Shown here: piece after piece, positions 42,195 to 51,579 of the stretch | How positions within the stretch are numbered: position 1 is the first letter of the stretch | Layout of the letters: each line of letters starts with the position of its first letter | DNA from: Minisyncoccia bacterium | GTDB lineage: Bacteria; Patescibacteriota; Minisyncoccia; Phycocordibacterales; PALSA-1337 | DNA length: 64,000 bases | Assembly (NCBI GenBank): GCA_049997795.1 | Contig: JBEKVT010000001.1 | Span: 4,085-68,084 of the forward strand | Direction of reading: 5' to 3' | The notes under the pieces: model-generated | The model's database searches: none | The model's input: the letters and a program-made list of their open reading frames with translations, nothing else | Told to the model about the DNA's origin: nothing | Translations under genes and position numbers: made by a program

Positions 42195-42941
42195 TCAGAT
42201 ATTCGCCAAACGGATGACGATATAAAGAATGCCGGCCCCGAGAAGCGTCATGGCCGTGGTCAGGAACTTCGGGTGGGCGTGATGGCTCTCCGGGATGAGG
42301 TCGGTGGCGCCGATGTACAGGAAAAAGCCGGCGAAGACAGCCAGGATGATGGAAAGAGCGTTCTCAGGCAGGGTGAAGAATAGGGTCGAAGCCGCGCCAA
42401 TGACAGGCGCCGCGGCATCGACGACAAGCCAGCGCATGGCATGCGCGCCCTCTCCTTTGTTCTTCAGGATGAGGTTGACCGTGTTGATGCCGTCGGAAAA
42501 ATCATGGGCGAGGACGGCTACAGCCACCACCGCTCCGATCGCAGCTGAGACCTGGAAGGCCAGGCCGATGGCTACGCCGTCGAGGAAGCTGTGGAAAGAG
42601 AGGCTCGAGGCGCCCAGGATACCGCGGCGGATATGGCGGGTCTCGGCCGGCGACAATTCGCATTCATGGCCCTCTTCATGGACGTGGGCATGCAGAAAGA
42701 TCAGACGATCAAGGACGAGATAGACGAGGAAGCCGAGGGCCATGACAGCCGTGATCGTCGCGCTGGAATAATACTTAGCGCCAAGCTGGAGAGCCTCCGG
42801 CAAGAGATCGAAGAAGGCCACGGCCACGACCGCTCCGGCCGAGAAGCCGAGGATGAGGTGCAATCTGTCCTTGAAGCGCAAGGCGGAGAGGCCGCCCAAG
42901 AGAGTCGAGACGAAAGCGGCGAAAGCGATCAGGATGATCAT
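42195..42941 (-). CDS. ZIP family metal transporter
   Basis: F.AG, LLPEA, His-rich loop, HSFLDG, HDFSDG and DLIPE motifs. Confidence 0.9.
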   Translation of the reverse strand: MIILIAFAAFVSTLLGGLSALRFKDRLHLILGFSAGAVVAVAFFDLLPEALQLGAKYYSSATITAVMALGFLVYLVLDRLIFLHAHVHEEGHECELSPAETRHIRRGILGASSLSFHSFLDGVAIGLAFQVSAAIGAVVAVAVLAHDFSDGINTVNLILKNKGEGAHAMRWLVVDAAAPVIGAASTLFFTLPENALSIILAVFAGFFLYIGATDLIPESHHAHPKFLTTAMTLLGAGILYIVIRLANI

Positions 42942-43447
42942 CTTTTCTTGGTGTTGAGAGGCCTTTTGTTGATCTCGCTCTCCGCCTGGCGGGCCAATCC
43001 GAGCAGGACATCGAGCTCTTTCATCGACATGGCGTGCGGCTTGGTGTCCTTGGCGCACAGGACGCCGATCGGCTGGCCGGTCTGGTTGTCGGACAGGACG
43101 ACCCCGGCATAGAAACGGATATACGGCGGGCCGACGACCATCGGATTATCGGCGAAGCGCTGGTCTTTCGAGGTGTCTTCGACTACGAAGACGTTCTTGG
43201 CCAGGAGAGCGTGGGCGCAGAACGAGATGCTCCTGTCGGCTTCGGTCCCGGAGAGGCCCTGGCAGGATTTATACCATTCCCGATTCTTGTCGATGATGGA
43301 GATGGTCGAGATCGGCACACGGAGCTTCTCCGTCACTTCTTTAGTGATCCTGTCGAAGCGCTCTTCCCTCGGCGTGTCGAGGATGCCGAGCCGCGCCAGG
43401 GCTTCGAGCCTTTTGTCTTCATCCGGAGGAATAGGAGCCTGTTGCAT
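42938..43447 (-). CDS. Standalone GAF domain protein
   Basis: E..RL.AL....ILDT..EERFDRIT, R..SFC.H, D.RF..NP.V and IRFYAG motifs. Confidence 0.9.
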   Translation of the reverse strand: MQQAPIPPDEDKRLEALARLGILDTPREERFDRITKEVTEKLRVPISTISIIDKNREWYKSCQGLSGTEADRSISFCAHALLAKNVFVVEDTSKDQRFADNPMVVGPPYIRFYAGVVLSDNQTGQPIGVLCAKDTKPHAMSMKELDVLLGLARQAESEINKRPLNTKKR

Positions 43448-43495
43448 GTTATCTATGGATCAGATTCGAGAGCCTTCGTGCATCGGATTATATCA

Positions 43496-45178
43496 TCAAA
43501 ACTCTATTTTCTGGAGCGACTTGTGCGGAATATATAGGAAGAAGGCTATTATAGCCACGGAAACAGCGACGAATAGCCACAAGAGGGATGTTCCTTGTCC
43601 GAGAAAGAGGCGGTATATCGAGATAGTGCCGAGCGCTCCGTAAGCGAGCGACGAGAAGACGAAGGCGAGGCCCGGAAGCGAGGTGGTGATGACTTCCGGA
43701 TCGTCGGTCTCGAAGTTCGGGAAGAGCGCCCCGAGACCGAGGGCGAAGACGGTCAGAGTGCTTATCGCCAGGATGAGGAGCAAGACGAGGAATAGGCTGA
43801 GAGGTAGGATGCTGCCGATGATGGCCACATTCAACCCGGCGAAGACGATCCCAAGGGCCACGCCGAACGGCACGAAGAAAAGGAGCTTGGTGAGAAAGAC
43901 CTTGCCGAGATCGACCGGCGCGCTCCCGACGAGCCATGCAGTCTTCTTTTCGATGCTCAAGGAAGGAAAGACGAAACGGAGGATGAACATATCGACGAAG
44001 TATATGGCGATGGCGAACTGGAGAGCGCCTATTGCGATCGGGATCACGTTCGGGTCTATCCCGCCGCGGCCTACTTGATGGCGCAAGACCACGTTAAGGG
44101 AGCTCTGGACGAGCCATATGGCTAAGAGGAAGCATGACCAGGCCAAGCCGCGGCCGTTCCTAAAGAAGGCGATCGCTTCTTTGGCGAAGATGGCGCCGGT
44201 CGGGCTCCTGGCTTTCAACATGAGGCCGGTACCGGGCGACTTGCGCCTAGACTGCTTGCTGTCCGCTTGAAAATTCCCCTCCTGGAGGATCTGCCAGAAC
44301 CGAAGATGCCTCTTGCTGAATATATACATGAGGATGAAGCCGGCGACCGAAAGAACCAAGAGATAAAAGGTCGAGGCGAGCGCCCCGGCGGTATCGCCCT
44401 TGCCGGCGTCAAAGAGCTCCATGGCGGCCGGGTGAGAAGGAAAGACCGAGAATCTGTCGGCGACTGACGTTATGCTTGCCGAGGCGCTGTCGAGGCTGGT
44501 CGCCTCGAAAAAGCTCCCGAAATCTATGCCCCGGAGCCGCACAAAGCCGAATGCGAGCGCGACGAGGAAGACAGCGGCTATGGAAAGGAGGAGATTCTTC
44601 ATCGAAAGCAGGGGGCACCCTCCTGCTTTCCGCATGGCATCGAGGAGCCACGATATGCCGAGGACGAGCGCCATAGCGAAGATAACCGCCATGGCTAGGA
44701 ACAGAGCCAGGGAAACAAGCGATAGGAGAAAGGCACCAGCCGCGAGACCCGTCGTATTTCTCACGGCGAGAAGGGCAGGAAAGGCCAAGACTATGAAAGG
44801 CCACAAAGAGGCCAGGAAGGACTTGACGAAGACGAGAGATGGCACGGTCCCGAATCTGGGCGAAGCCATGAGGATATCCTGGTCGCTCTTATTGAAAAGG
44901 GCGAAGACGCTCACGATGAGGGCGCTCGTGAAGGCCAGCATGAAGACGATCAGGAGGAAGAGCTCGTAGATGTAGAGAGTGACGGCATCCCTGAAGAATG
45001 GATAGCCGGCGATGAAGCTGAACCCGGCCTTGAAGAAGAAGTATATGCCAGTAGCGAGACCAACGACGAGGAGCAGGAAGAAGAAGGCCGTTATGAGCTT
45101 GGCGGTCCTGTTGCGTTCGAAGTATCTTTCGGCGCGGCGAAGGGACAGACAGAAGAAGGCGGTGATCATGCTAGACAT
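43496..45178 (-). CDS. Putative ABC exporter permease (about 12 TM)
   Basis: Highly hydrophobic, with D..L...P and FPS.S.E...W....AP motifs; coupled to the ABC ATPase. Confidence 0.8.
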   Translation of the reverse strand: MSSMITAFFCLSLRRAERYFERNRTAKLITAFFFLLLVVGLATGIYFFFKAGFSFIAGYPFFRDAVTLYIYELFLLIVFMLAFTSALIVSVFALFNKSDQDILMASPRFGTVPSLVFVKSFLASLWPFIVLAFPALLAVRNTTGLAAGAFLLSLVSLALFLAMAVIFAMALVLGISWLLDAMRKAGGCPLLSMKNLLLSIAAVFLVALAFGFVRLRGIDFGSFFEATSLDSASASITSVADRFSVFPSHPAAMELFDAGKGDTAGALASTFYLLVLSVAGFILMYIFSKRHLRFWQILQEGNFQADSKQSRRKSPGTGLMLKARSPTGAIFAKEAIAFFRNGRGLAWSCFLLAIWLVQSSLNVVLRHQVGRGGIDPNVIPIAIGALQFAIAIYFVDMFILRFVFPSLSIEKKTAWLVGSAPVDLGKVFLTKLLFFVPFGVALGIVFAGLNVAIIGSILPLSLFLVLLLILAISTLTVFALGLGALFPNFETDDPEVITTSLPGLAFVFSSLAYGALGTISIYRLFLGQGTSLLWLFVAVSVAIIAFFLYIPHKSLQKIEF

Positions 45179-45893
45179 TGATCGCGGCGTAAAGCTCCTC
45201 GAGCGGGGCATCGGCGCCCCTGCGCGTCTTGTCTCGGAGCTCGGCTATGGTGCCAGCGAAGACGAGCTCGCCTTTTTTCAAGACGCCGATCCGGCTGGAG
45301 ATCTCCTCCGCGAGGCTGAGGGTGTGGGTCACGAGGAATATCGTTCCGCCGCCGCGGACGAAATCTCTGAAGATCTTCTTGGTCGTCGTGGCGCTCTCCG
45401 GATCGAGGCCGACCATTGGCTCATCCACGAGAAGAAGCCGGGGCTCGTGCAAAAGGGCGGCCAGGATGACGAATTTCTGCTTGTTGCCGCGCGAATAGTC
45501 CTCGAAGTATTCCCTCTCGACGCCGTCGAACTTGAACAAAGGGAGAAGCTCGGCGATCCTCCTCTTGCGGGCGTCTTCCGGCATGCCGTAGAGGGCGCCG
45601 ACGAAATGAAGGAACTCCAGGCCGGTCATGCCGGTCCAGGCCGTCGGCTCATCGGGGACGTATCCGATCATCTTCTTGGCGGCGATCGGGTCGGCGACCG
45701 GGTCCGTTCCCCCGACGGATATGGCCCCAGCGTCGAGGCGCAATAATCCGGCGACGAGCTTAACGATGGTCGTCTTGCCGGAGCCGTTCGGGCCGATCAG
45801 TGAGAAGATCTCGCCGGCTCCGATACTGAATGAGACGCCTTTGACGGCGGTCTTGGCTCCGAAACTCTTCTTTATCTGTTTCACCTCGAGCAT
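45171..45893 (-). CDS. ABC transporter ATP-binding protein
   Basis: GPNGSGKTT, YSRG.KQK, DEP..GLDP and TH motifs. Confidence 0.93.
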   Translation of the reverse strand: MLEVKQIKKSFGAKTAVKGVSFSIGAGEIFSLIGPNGSGKTTIVKLVAGLLRLDAGAISVGGTDPVADPIAAKKMIGYVPDEPTAWTGMTGLEFLHFVGALYGMPEDARKRRIAELLPLFKFDGVEREYFEDYSRGNKQKFVILAALLHEPRLLLVDEPMVGLDPESATTTKKIFRDFVRGGGTIFLVTHTLSLAEEISSRIGVLKKGELVFAGTIAELRDKTRRGADAPLEELYAAINV

Positions 45894-45995
45894 GGCGTCA
45901 TTATACTACATCCGAATGCCCGTCATTATTGACATCTCAGCAGAATCTGGTTAATATTTGTGCAGGAAACTGAACAAAGTTGAAAAAGGCATAAA

Positions 45996-46370
45996 ATGAC
46001 CAAACAATGGTTGAAACGGGCTTCTCATCGTGCGAGTCTTCTTGAACACTTTAGGGACGGGCTCGAAGGGTTCGAGCATATGAACGGGAATCCTGCGATG
46101 TTGGACCTCTTGAGGGTGCTCATAGATGACCTGCGGGGCGCCGAGGTCATCCTGGTTCCGGGGAATCCGGTCGACGATTTTTTCAAGCATACCCTGTTGG
46201 AGACCATCGGCTCTTTCACCAAGTCCGTGAAAGAGCGGCGCGTGCTCCTCGCCGGGATCCTGGTGATGGCAGCAAGGTCGATCAGCCGGAGTTTCGACAG
46301 AGAACTGGAGCTGATCGAGCTCGGCCAGGAGAAAGAACCTGCCGAACCCTCTCCGGCGCCAGCCGGTTGA
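45996..46370 (+). CDS. Hypothetical protein
   Basis: 124-aa ORF with an upstream TTGACA...TAATAT promoter and a downstream terminator (about 46392-46420). Confidence 0.6.
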   Translation: MTKQWLKRASHRASLLEHFRDGLEGFEHMNGNPAMLDLLRVLIDDLRGAEVILVPGNPVDDFFKHTLLETIGSFTKSVKERRVLLAGILVMAARSISRSFDRELELIELGQEKEPAEPSPAPAG

Positions 46371-46486
46371 CATATGCGATCGATCTCTTTCGGCCGCGGG
46401 GCATCCCGCGGCTTTTTATTCCATGATGAGACCTCATATCTGAATGTTAGGAGACTTTTGAGCCGATCCGGCTTAAAATAATAGCG

Positions 46487-46984
46487 ATGAACAGATACTT
46501 GCGCCTTGCCTCGGTCGCCGCCGTCTGCGCTTATTTCTGGTACTACGCCAAGACCTACACGGAATGGCATTTCATCGACAACGCGAATCTAGTCTTCCAT
46601 GAGGCCGGGCATGCTATTTTCTTCTTCCTCGGCATGTTCGTGAAGATTGCGGCCGGCAGCGGCTTCCAGGTCGCCCTTCCCCTCTTCATATCGCTCTATT
46701 TCTTCGTGAGGGGCCAGAAGATATCCGGGGCGCTCTGCCTCTTGTGGGTCGGCCAGAACTTGTTGAATGTCTCCGTCTATGCCGGAGACGCCGTGAATAT
46801 GCAGCTCAACCTCCTCGGCGGTGACGCCGTCATCCATGACTGGAATTATCTCTTGAGCGCACTCGGAGTCCTGCGCTACACATCCGAGATCGCTTCAACG
46901 ATCTACATGACGGGGCTCGCGACAATATTCCTCGGGACTGTCTTGTCTTTGTATTATTCGTGGGTGGAAGAATCTCGATCATAA
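46487..46984 (+). CDS. Membrane protein with HExxH motif (M50-like metallopeptidase candidate)
   Basis: FHEAGH within a hydrophobic stretch, GS..Q, a downstream HDW and about 4 TMs. Confidence 0.65.
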   Translation: MNRYLRLASVAAVCAYFWYYAKTYTEWHFIDNANLVFHEAGHAIFFFLGMFVKIAAGSGFQVALPLFISLYFFVRGQKISGALCLLWVGQNLLNVSVYAGDAVNMQLNLLGGDAVIHDWNYLLSALGVLRYTSEIASTIYMTGLATIFLGTVLSLYYSWVEESRS

Positions 46985-46987
46985 AAT

Positions 46988-47017
46988 AAAAAGGCCATCT
47001 GCTCTCGCAGACGGCCC
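46988..47017 (-). terminator. Intrinsic terminator closing the rSAM-peptide operon
   Basis: GGCCGTCTGC-GAGA-GCAGATGGCC followed by TTTTT on the minus strand. Confidence 0.7.
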
Positions 47018-47031
47018 TAGAATGTGGCCGG

Positions 47032-47166
47032 TCAGCTGACTTTCGGATCAAGCTTCACGGCGGCGCATTTCGTGCAGGTGTTCTGCCTGCACTGACACAT
47101 GCTGTGAGACAGGCCCGTGAATCTCGTCAGCTTGCGGACCTTCGATCTGACGCTGAGTTTCTTCAT
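47032..47166 (-). CDS. Cys-rich RiPP precursor peptide candidate (44 aa)
   Basis: MKKLSVRSKVRKLTRFTGLSHSMCQCRQNTCTKCAAVKLDPKVS; strong AGGAGG RBS; starts 4 nt after the rSAM stop. Confidence 0.75.
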   Translation of the reverse strand: MKKLSVRSKVRKLTRFTGLSHSMCQCRQNTCTKCAAVKLDPKVS

Positions 47167-47170
47167 GGTG

Positions 47171-48508
47171 TTATACCTCCTGTTTTGCTCCGAAACTGGT
47201 GAGCGTATGATATATGAAGGAACGGATATATTGGCAGAAATTCGGGTTAGGCCGTCCAAAATCATTGCGATTATAACGGCAACCCCCGCCACATGTTCCC
47301 ATGAAAGGACAGGATCTGCAAGACGCGATCTCCAGAGTCGTCTCCCTAGAGAAGCTCGACCATAGAGGATTGTCCTGGATATTCATCTCGCTATCAATCG
47401 GGATCCAGAAGTCCGTGTTGTGCAGGAAGGCTTGGCATGGGCCGATAAGGCCGTCGGCGCTCACGACCATCTGGCCGCGATATCCGGCGTCGCATTCCGC
47501 TATGACAAACCTGCTTTCCGCGATCCCTCTCAGATATCTCAGCCCCCTCGGTTCAAGAATCCCCCGGGCGAGGAGCCTCCGGTATTGAGCCGACATCTTG
47601 CGACCGAGATCGTCCCAAAACGACAGCTCTTCCTCAATGGATTCGCCGGCCTGTCTTATGCTGAGGTTGAACCCTATGCCCCGGATGTCTTCCCTGACGA
47701 AGAAATCCGTGATTTGTTCCAGGTGCGGCGCGCTCTCGCGAGTGACCGTGCAAAGAGCGGCATATTCCACTCCTGCCCTGCGGCATTCGTTTATAAGGCC
47801 AAACGACTGCTTAAAGACGTCAATGTTGGGCTTCCTCGGAACACGAGCGGCGTTGGTTATCTCAGAAGGGCCGTCGATAGAGACTCCGATGGTGATGCCG
47901 TTTTCTTTGCAGAACTCGATCAATCCGGCCGGGCGCAGAGTCCCATTCGTGGTTATCTGTATGCTGATCTTTCTTTTTCCATATCTGTCGCGTATGTATC
48001 GGACGCACCGCGTTATCTTATCCCATTCGATGAGCGGCTCGCCGCCATAGAAGAAGATTGATTTTTCTCCTCCATCCAGGGCCATGAAATAATCGACGGC
48101 TTCTAGCATCTTGGACAGGTCCAAAGACCGTCGCTTCGAGAATCTCAGGAGATTCTCGAAGCAATATCCGCAACAGAGATTGCAGAGATCGGTCATCACC
48201 AAGATGAGCGTCGAGACCTTGGCTTTTTTGAGATGCCGCTGTACCTTTGCAGAGACTTCGTCAAAAAGACGCTCGTCGTCTCCGGTTTCAACCATCAAAC
48301 GACTATCTTGGAGATTCCGTATTTCCTTCGTTGTGGGCTGATTTACTAGTATCCGATTCGTCGTTTCTTCGTCACACACAATTACTGTAGAAGTCAGAGA
48401 ATGCAATAGGATGCTCCAATCGGAATAACGCAACATAAACGCAAACTCCGACCAGCTGTTACCCAAGCATTCACGAAGCGAAATGATTTCCTTACCTAAA
48501 GTGATCAT
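47171..48508 (-). CDS. Radical SAM/SPASM peptide maturase
   Basis: CNLCCGYC (CxxxCxxC), FYGGEPL, TNGT, SIDG and SPASM cysteines C...G...PC...CxxC.....CxGGC...C; about 100-aa N-terminal extension. Confidence 0.92.
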   Translation of the reverse strand: MITLGKEIISLRECLGNSWSEFAFMLRYSDWSILLHSLTSTVIVCDEETTNRILVNQPTTKEIRNLQDSRLMVETGDDERLFDEVSAKVQRHLKKAKVSTLILVMTDLCNLCCGYCFENLLRFSKRRSLDLSKMLEAVDYFMALDGGEKSIFFYGGEPLIEWDKITRCVRYIRDRYGKRKISIQITTNGTLRPAGLIEFCKENGITIGVSIDGPSEITNAARVPRKPNIDVFKQSFGLINECRRAGVEYAALCTVTRESAPHLEQITDFFVREDIRGIGFNLSIRQAGESIEEELSFWDDLGRKMSAQYRRLLARGILEPRGLRYLRGIAESRFVIAECDAGYRGQMVVSADGLIGPCQAFLHNTDFWIPIDSEMNIQDNPLWSSFSRETTLEIASCRSCPFMGTCGGGCRYNRNDFGRPNPNFCQYIRSFIYHTLTSFGAKQEV

Positions 48509-48648
48509 TATTGTCCCCTCTTTTTGTTTTTTAAAAGAACCTGACGTTCAGTTTTTACCTTACTACTTCGTTCTGGTTTGTCAATCAAAACCGCCACGCG
48601 GATCCGGTGGCTGCGAGCGGTACGGCACAAGATCAAAGTTTATTTCGC

Positions 48649-49854
48649 CTATCCAGAACCGCCCGTCGAAGTCGCCACTTGATACAAGCCGCGCACTCCC
48701 CACCAGGCGGTGAAATAGAGCTTGTCCGCTTCGGGAGAATACAATATCTCGTTAAGCTCGGGAGTCTGGTTTTTGATGTCGAGAAGGGCAGCGTTGTCCA
48801 ACAACTGATATCGCCGCAGGTCTCTCAGGTCTTGTCCGGGAAAGACGTCGATGGTACCGTCTTCCGCCGCGTTGTAAAGATCGGCGCCGTAGACGAAGAG
48901 CCCGAGAGAGGCCCCAGGCAGGGAGAATCGTTCGAACGACATATCGCCGGTCTTGACCCTTATCCCGTAAGGGACCGACTCACAACCGATGTAGACATAT
49001 CCGGACGACGTAGCGGTCTTCACGAAAGGCATGTCGTTGCTTATGTCGCACGGCTCGACCTTCATGGAGGAGATGGGGGCGAGCGTAATCGCATCGGCTT
49101 TCTCGAAGCCGTTCGACGTGCCGCCGCCGAAATAGAGCTCGGTCGAGCTCGCGTATACGCCGATCGCTGCGGAGTGGCCGTAAGGGATATGTCCCACGGA
49201 GTTAAGGGCGAGCCTGCCGTCGCTTATCCTGACGCGGAAGACGCTGGACGGGTAGGTGTTGGTGATCCCGTATATGTAGGCGCCGTCGGTCACGATGGCC
49301 GGTCTGCGGCCGGCATCGACGGAGCTCGTGCTTATGACGGTCGAGACCGCATAAGTATGCGGATCCAAGCTATAGATATCGAGCGAGCCGTTGCTCGAAA
49401 GATCGAGATACACCTTGTCGTTCAGCGGATCATAGACCATGGTCCCGATATCCCCCGCAACCGGGAGTCCGACCAGGATCGGACGGAAGATATCCGCGGC
49501 GTCGAAGACCACCACCTCATTCGTAGGGAAAGGATTGCTGCCGAATCCCAGCATGCCGATAAAGATCCTGCCGTCGGCGACGGCCGTTCCGTGGGCATAG
49601 GCGAGAATATTCGGGGATCTGGCCGAGACTCTGGCGGTGCCAAAAGCCGTTCTAGGCTGGATAGCGGAAAGGACAGTGCGATCGATATGATGGCTCAAGA
49701 TCGCCAGTGGAGCGGTTCTGTGCGGGGAAACGAACGGCTCTATCCAGGCCGGTCCGGCAGCGATGCGGGTCTCGCGCCAACAATACGCAAAAAAGACGAG
49801 GGACAAGAGAGCGAACAGGGCCGCAATGATGGTGGAGGGCTTCTTCATGTCCAA
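48649..49854 (-). CDS. Exported beta-propeller-like hypothetical protein
   Basis: N-terminal TM and repeated beta-rich units with DG.IY/LY-type blade ends. Confidence 0.65.
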   Translation of the reverse strand: MDMKKPSTIIAALFALLSLVFFAYCWRETRIAAGPAWIEPFVSPHRTAPLAILSHHIDRTVLSAIQPRTAFGTARVSARSPNILAYAHGTAVADGRIFIGMLGFGSNPFPTNEVVVFDAADIFRPILVGLPVAGDIGTMVYDPLNDKVYLDLSSNGSLDIYSLDPHTYAVSTVISTSSVDAGRRPAIVTDGAYIYGITNTYPSSVFRVRISDGRLALNSVGHIPYGHSAAIGVYASSTELYFGGGTSNGFEKADAITLAPISSMKVEPCDISNDMPFVKTATSSGYVYIGCESVPYGIRVKTGDMSFERFSLPGASLGLFVYGADLYNAAEDGTIDVFPGQDLRDLRRYQLLDNAALLDIKNQTPELNEILYSPEADKLYFTAWWGVRGLYQVATSTGGSG

Positions 49855-49884
49855 GGCGCGGCCATATCCAAGCGATCAGCCTTT

Positions 49885-50643
49885 CTAAACCTCAATCCTC
49901 GAGAACAGCCACGCTCCGATGGCGAGGAACACAAGGGCAACGGCGGCAAGGACGCCGGCGTCGGTCCAGAGACTGAGACTGGACAAACCGGAGAGGGCAC
50001 CGCGCAAACCGTCGACGCCGTAGAAGAGCGGGTTCCCGTAGAGGACGGTCCGCAGGGCGGCCGGAGCTTGGTCGAGCGGAAAGAGCGCGCCGGAGAGGAA
50101 GAAGACTGGCATTACGACGAAGTTCATGATGAGCTGGAAGCCTTGCATGTCGTTCAGGGTGGAAGCGATGGCCGTGCCGAGAGCCGTGAAGACCAGAGCT
50201 ATGAGCAACATGAATGCGAGAGCCGGCAGAAGAAGCGTCAATTCCGGCCGGAAGCCGGCTATAAGCGCGATAAGGAAGACCACGACGCCCTGGAATGAGG
50301 CCACGGTCGCCCCGCCCAGGCTCCTGCCGAACATGATGGTGAAGCGGGAGACCGGCGCCACCATGGTCTCCTTGAGGAAGCCGAACTGCCTGTCCCAGAT
50401 GATCTCGATCCCCGAGAAGATGGCCGTGAAGAGGATGCTCATGGCGATGATGCCCGGCGCCAGAAATTGCAGGTAGTTTCCTTCGCCGGCCTTGGCGAAG
50501 ACGGGACCGAGGCCGTAGCCCAGAGCGACCAGGAAGAGGAGCGGCTGGCCCAGGGAACCTATGAGGCGCGAGCGCGAGCGGAAATAGCGCTTGATTTGCC
50601 TGAGCCAGAGGATGTATATGGTGTAAAAAAGATTCGGTTTCAT
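49885..50643 (-). CDS. ABC-2 type permease (DrrB-like)
   Basis: L.QPL, YLQFLAPG, DRQFGFLKE..VAP, FLSGALFP and NP..Y.VD motifs. Confidence 0.92.
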   Translation of the reverse strand: MKPNLFYTIYILWLRQIKRYFRSRSRLIGSLGQPLLFLVALGYGLGPVFAKAGEGNYLQFLAPGIIAMSILFTAIFSGIEIIWDRQFGFLKETMVAPVSRFTIMFGRSLGGATVASFQGVVVFLIALIAGFRPELTLLLPALAFMLLIALVFTALGTAIASTLNDMQGFQLIMNFVVMPVFFLSGALFPLDQAPAALRTVLYGNPLFYGVDGLRGALSGLSSLSLWTDAGVLAAVALVFLAIGAWLFSRIEV

Positions 50644-50653
50644 GGCGGTTCAT

Positions 50654-51463
50654 TTAACGGCGTCCCCACGCTCTGGTTCTCTGGCGGAGATGCTCGACCG
50701 GCCCCGCATCCTCGTCGCGGATGGCATGCCCGGTCAGCTTGATGAAGGCGTCTTCCAGGGTCGGCGTTCCGGCCTTCTTCTTGATCTCTTCGACGGTGCC
50801 CATGGCCACGAGCTTGCCGTGATCGATGATGGCCACGCGGTCGGCCACGCGCTCGACTTCATCCATGTAATGCGTGGTGAAGAAGATCGTCAGGCCGCGT
50901 TCCTTGTTCAGCTTCTTCAAGTATTCCCAGATGTGATTCCTGGTCTGCGGATCCAGGCCGACCGTCGGTTCATCAAGGAAAAGGATGGCCGGCGTGTGGA
51001 GGAGGCCGCGGGCGATCTCAAGGCGCCGCTTCATGCCGCCGGAGAAGGTCTTGACCAGATGGTCCTTGCGGTCCCAGAGCTCGACGAAATGCAAGAGCTC
51101 CTTGATGCGGCCCGGCGTCTCGGAGCGCGGCACGCCGTAAAGGCCGGCGTGCAGGAACATGTTCTCGTAGGCCGTGAGCTCGTCGTCCAAGGACGGATCT
51201 TGGAAGACGATGCCGAAAGAATGCCTGACCAGGTCAGCGTCCTTCGTCGGATCGAAGCCGGCGACGGAAAGGGTGCCGCTCGTCGGGCGGATAAGAGTGG
51301 TCAGCACTTTGATGGTCGAGGTCTTACCGGCCCCGTTAGGCCCCAGGAAAGCGAAGACCGAGCCTGTGGGTACGTCGAAAGATATATCGGAAACGGCCGC
51401 GATAGGGCCGTATTTTTTCACCAAGTTCTTTACGGATATGGATGATCCTGCGGTCTCTTGCAT
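50654..51463 (-). CDS. ABC transporter ATP-binding protein (DrrA-like)
   Basis: GPNGAGKT, FSGGMKRRLEIAR, DEPT.GLDP and THYMDE motifs; start MQET at 51463. Confidence 0.94.
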   Translation of the reverse strand: MQETAGSSISVKNLVKKYGPIAAVSDISFDVPTGSVFAFLGPNGAGKTSTIKVLTTLIRPTSGTLSVAGFDPTKDADLVRHSFGIVFQDPSLDDELTAYENMFLHAGLYGVPRSETPGRIKELLHFVELWDRKDHLVKTFSGGMKRRLEIARGLLHTPAILFLDEPTVGLDPQTRNHIWEYLKKLNKERGLTIFFTTHYMDEVERVADRVAIIDHGKLVAMGTVEEIKKKAGTPTLEDAFIKLTGHAIRDEDAGPVEHLRQRTRAWGRR

Positions 51464-51465
51464 GT

Positions 51466-51561
51466 CTACTTCTTGTTCCTCCAAGCGTGCTTCTTGGCGA
51501 GGCGCTTGGCGGTCTTCCTGGAACGCGACGTCTTCCTCCTGGTGTTTATCCTTTTGGCCAT
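51466..51561 (-). CDS. Very small basic peptide (31 aa)
   Basis: MAKRINTRRKTSRSRKTAKRLAKKHAWRNKK fills almost the whole gap between two same-strand genes; its stop is 2 nt before the next ATG. Confidence 0.65.
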   Translation of the reverse strand: MAKRINTRRKTSRSRKTAKRLAKKHAWRNKK

Positions 51562-51579
51562 GTTATGGGATTGTGCGAT

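Noticed and set aside
48590-48650. TGGCTGCGAGCGGTACG as a ninth array repeat
   Set aside because: It lacks the invariant GTTGGAAC and is better explained as part of a hairpin/terminator after 48649-49854.
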